Assembly: GCA_002794465.1 (NCBI GenBank)
Contig: MTSL01000037.1
Coordinates: 1 to 28,686, forward strand
From: Paramicrosporidium saccamoebae KSL3
Lineage: Eukaryota > Fungi > Cryptomycota
Direction of reading: 5' to 3'
DNA length: 28,686 nt
Positions 28,232-28,686 of the stretch are shown here, piece after piece (position 1 is the first letter of the stretch; every line of letters begins with the position of its first letter). Under the pieces are notes generated by a model. It made no database searches and was not told the DNA's origin. It saw only the letters and a list, made by a program, of their open reading frames with translations. Both the position numbers and the translations under genes were made by a program.

Positions 28232-28686
28232 TTACGGCGTAGAGACATTGCGGCCAAAAAGAAAAGTCTTGGCCCAATCAAACGCCACCATCATACGAGT
28301 ACGATAGGAAACCTGTTCGCTGAGATAGATGGAACGCCAAAGCCAAAAGGCAAGAAAGCGATCGGCCAAGTAGGTACGTCCAAGATCAAAGACTGCATAA
28401 TGTGCACCGACATAGGCAGTCATCCCAAAGTGTTGATATGTAAATGGAGAAATGCAAGCCTTGTAATTGATGGGATCCAAATGGTTGCGCATTCGGTGCA
28501 AGGCCATGCTATTGAATATATTGGCAAGATAACGGCCTTCCTGACTGGCAACTTGGGCTGTGGCGGGAAGAGATCGTAGAGTGAGTTCCACCTCATCGAC
28601 CAGTCTCTGGAATGTTTCCCTGGACACTTCGCCCTTTGTTCCATATCGTTGGACGAGACGCTGGAGGAATGCGAGGTGGACTCGCA
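28232..28686 (-). CDS. Type II (alternative) NADH dehydrogenase, C-terminal part (5'-partial)
   Basis: Frame is open to the window edge (RVHLAFLQRLVQRYG..FQRLVDEVELTLRSLPATAQVASQEGRYLA); PFTYQHFGMTAYVG, FWLWRSIYLSEQVSYRTRMMVAFDWAKTFLFGRNVS are Nde/NDB-type C-terminal motifs. Confidence 0.9.
   Translation of the reverse strand, partial: RVHLAFLQRLVQRYGTKGEVSRETFQRLVDEVELTLRSLPATAQVASQEGRYLANIFNSMALHRMRNHLDPINYKACISPFTYQHFGMTAYVGAHYAVFDLGRTYLADRFLAFWLWRSIYLSEQVSYRTRMMVAFDWAKTFLFGRNVSTP

Overview
Gene-dense eukaryotic, fungal-like nuclear DNA, not a prokaryotic or accessory island. I can support 20 protein-coding genes. In order: condensin Ycg1/CAP-G (5'-partial), Set3-like PHD+SET, metaxin, Trs65-like TRAPP subunit, TFIIB, isocitrate lyase, 3-ketoacyl-CoA reductase, Dnm1/Drp1, Pex10, glucose-6-phosphate isomerase, mitochondrial PPR protein, WNK kinase, Alg14, mL54, RanGAP, DUF599 protein, acyltransferase, uL24m, type II NADH dehydrogenase (partial). 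That list names 19; no further gene was found, so 19 is the supported count. Seven genes are split by 16 very short GT-AG introns (28-40 nt, median 31). Their 3' ends are highly stereotyped: 15/16 end in TAG, none in CAG, and the putative branch A sits at -8 to -10. Some intergenic gaps are only 20-54 nt. The most unusual signals are this intron architecture, a RanGAP with an MGNS-initiated repeat-rich N-terminal extension, a WNK kinase with a SAM-like tail and altered DLG motif, and several small non-coding tandem arrays. The organism looks like a compact early-diverging fungus or Rozellomycota-type lineage, but that is inference only. I saw no CRISPR array, tRNA, rRNA or transposase, and no clearly new multi-gene system. 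All family calls come from motif recognition, not database searches.
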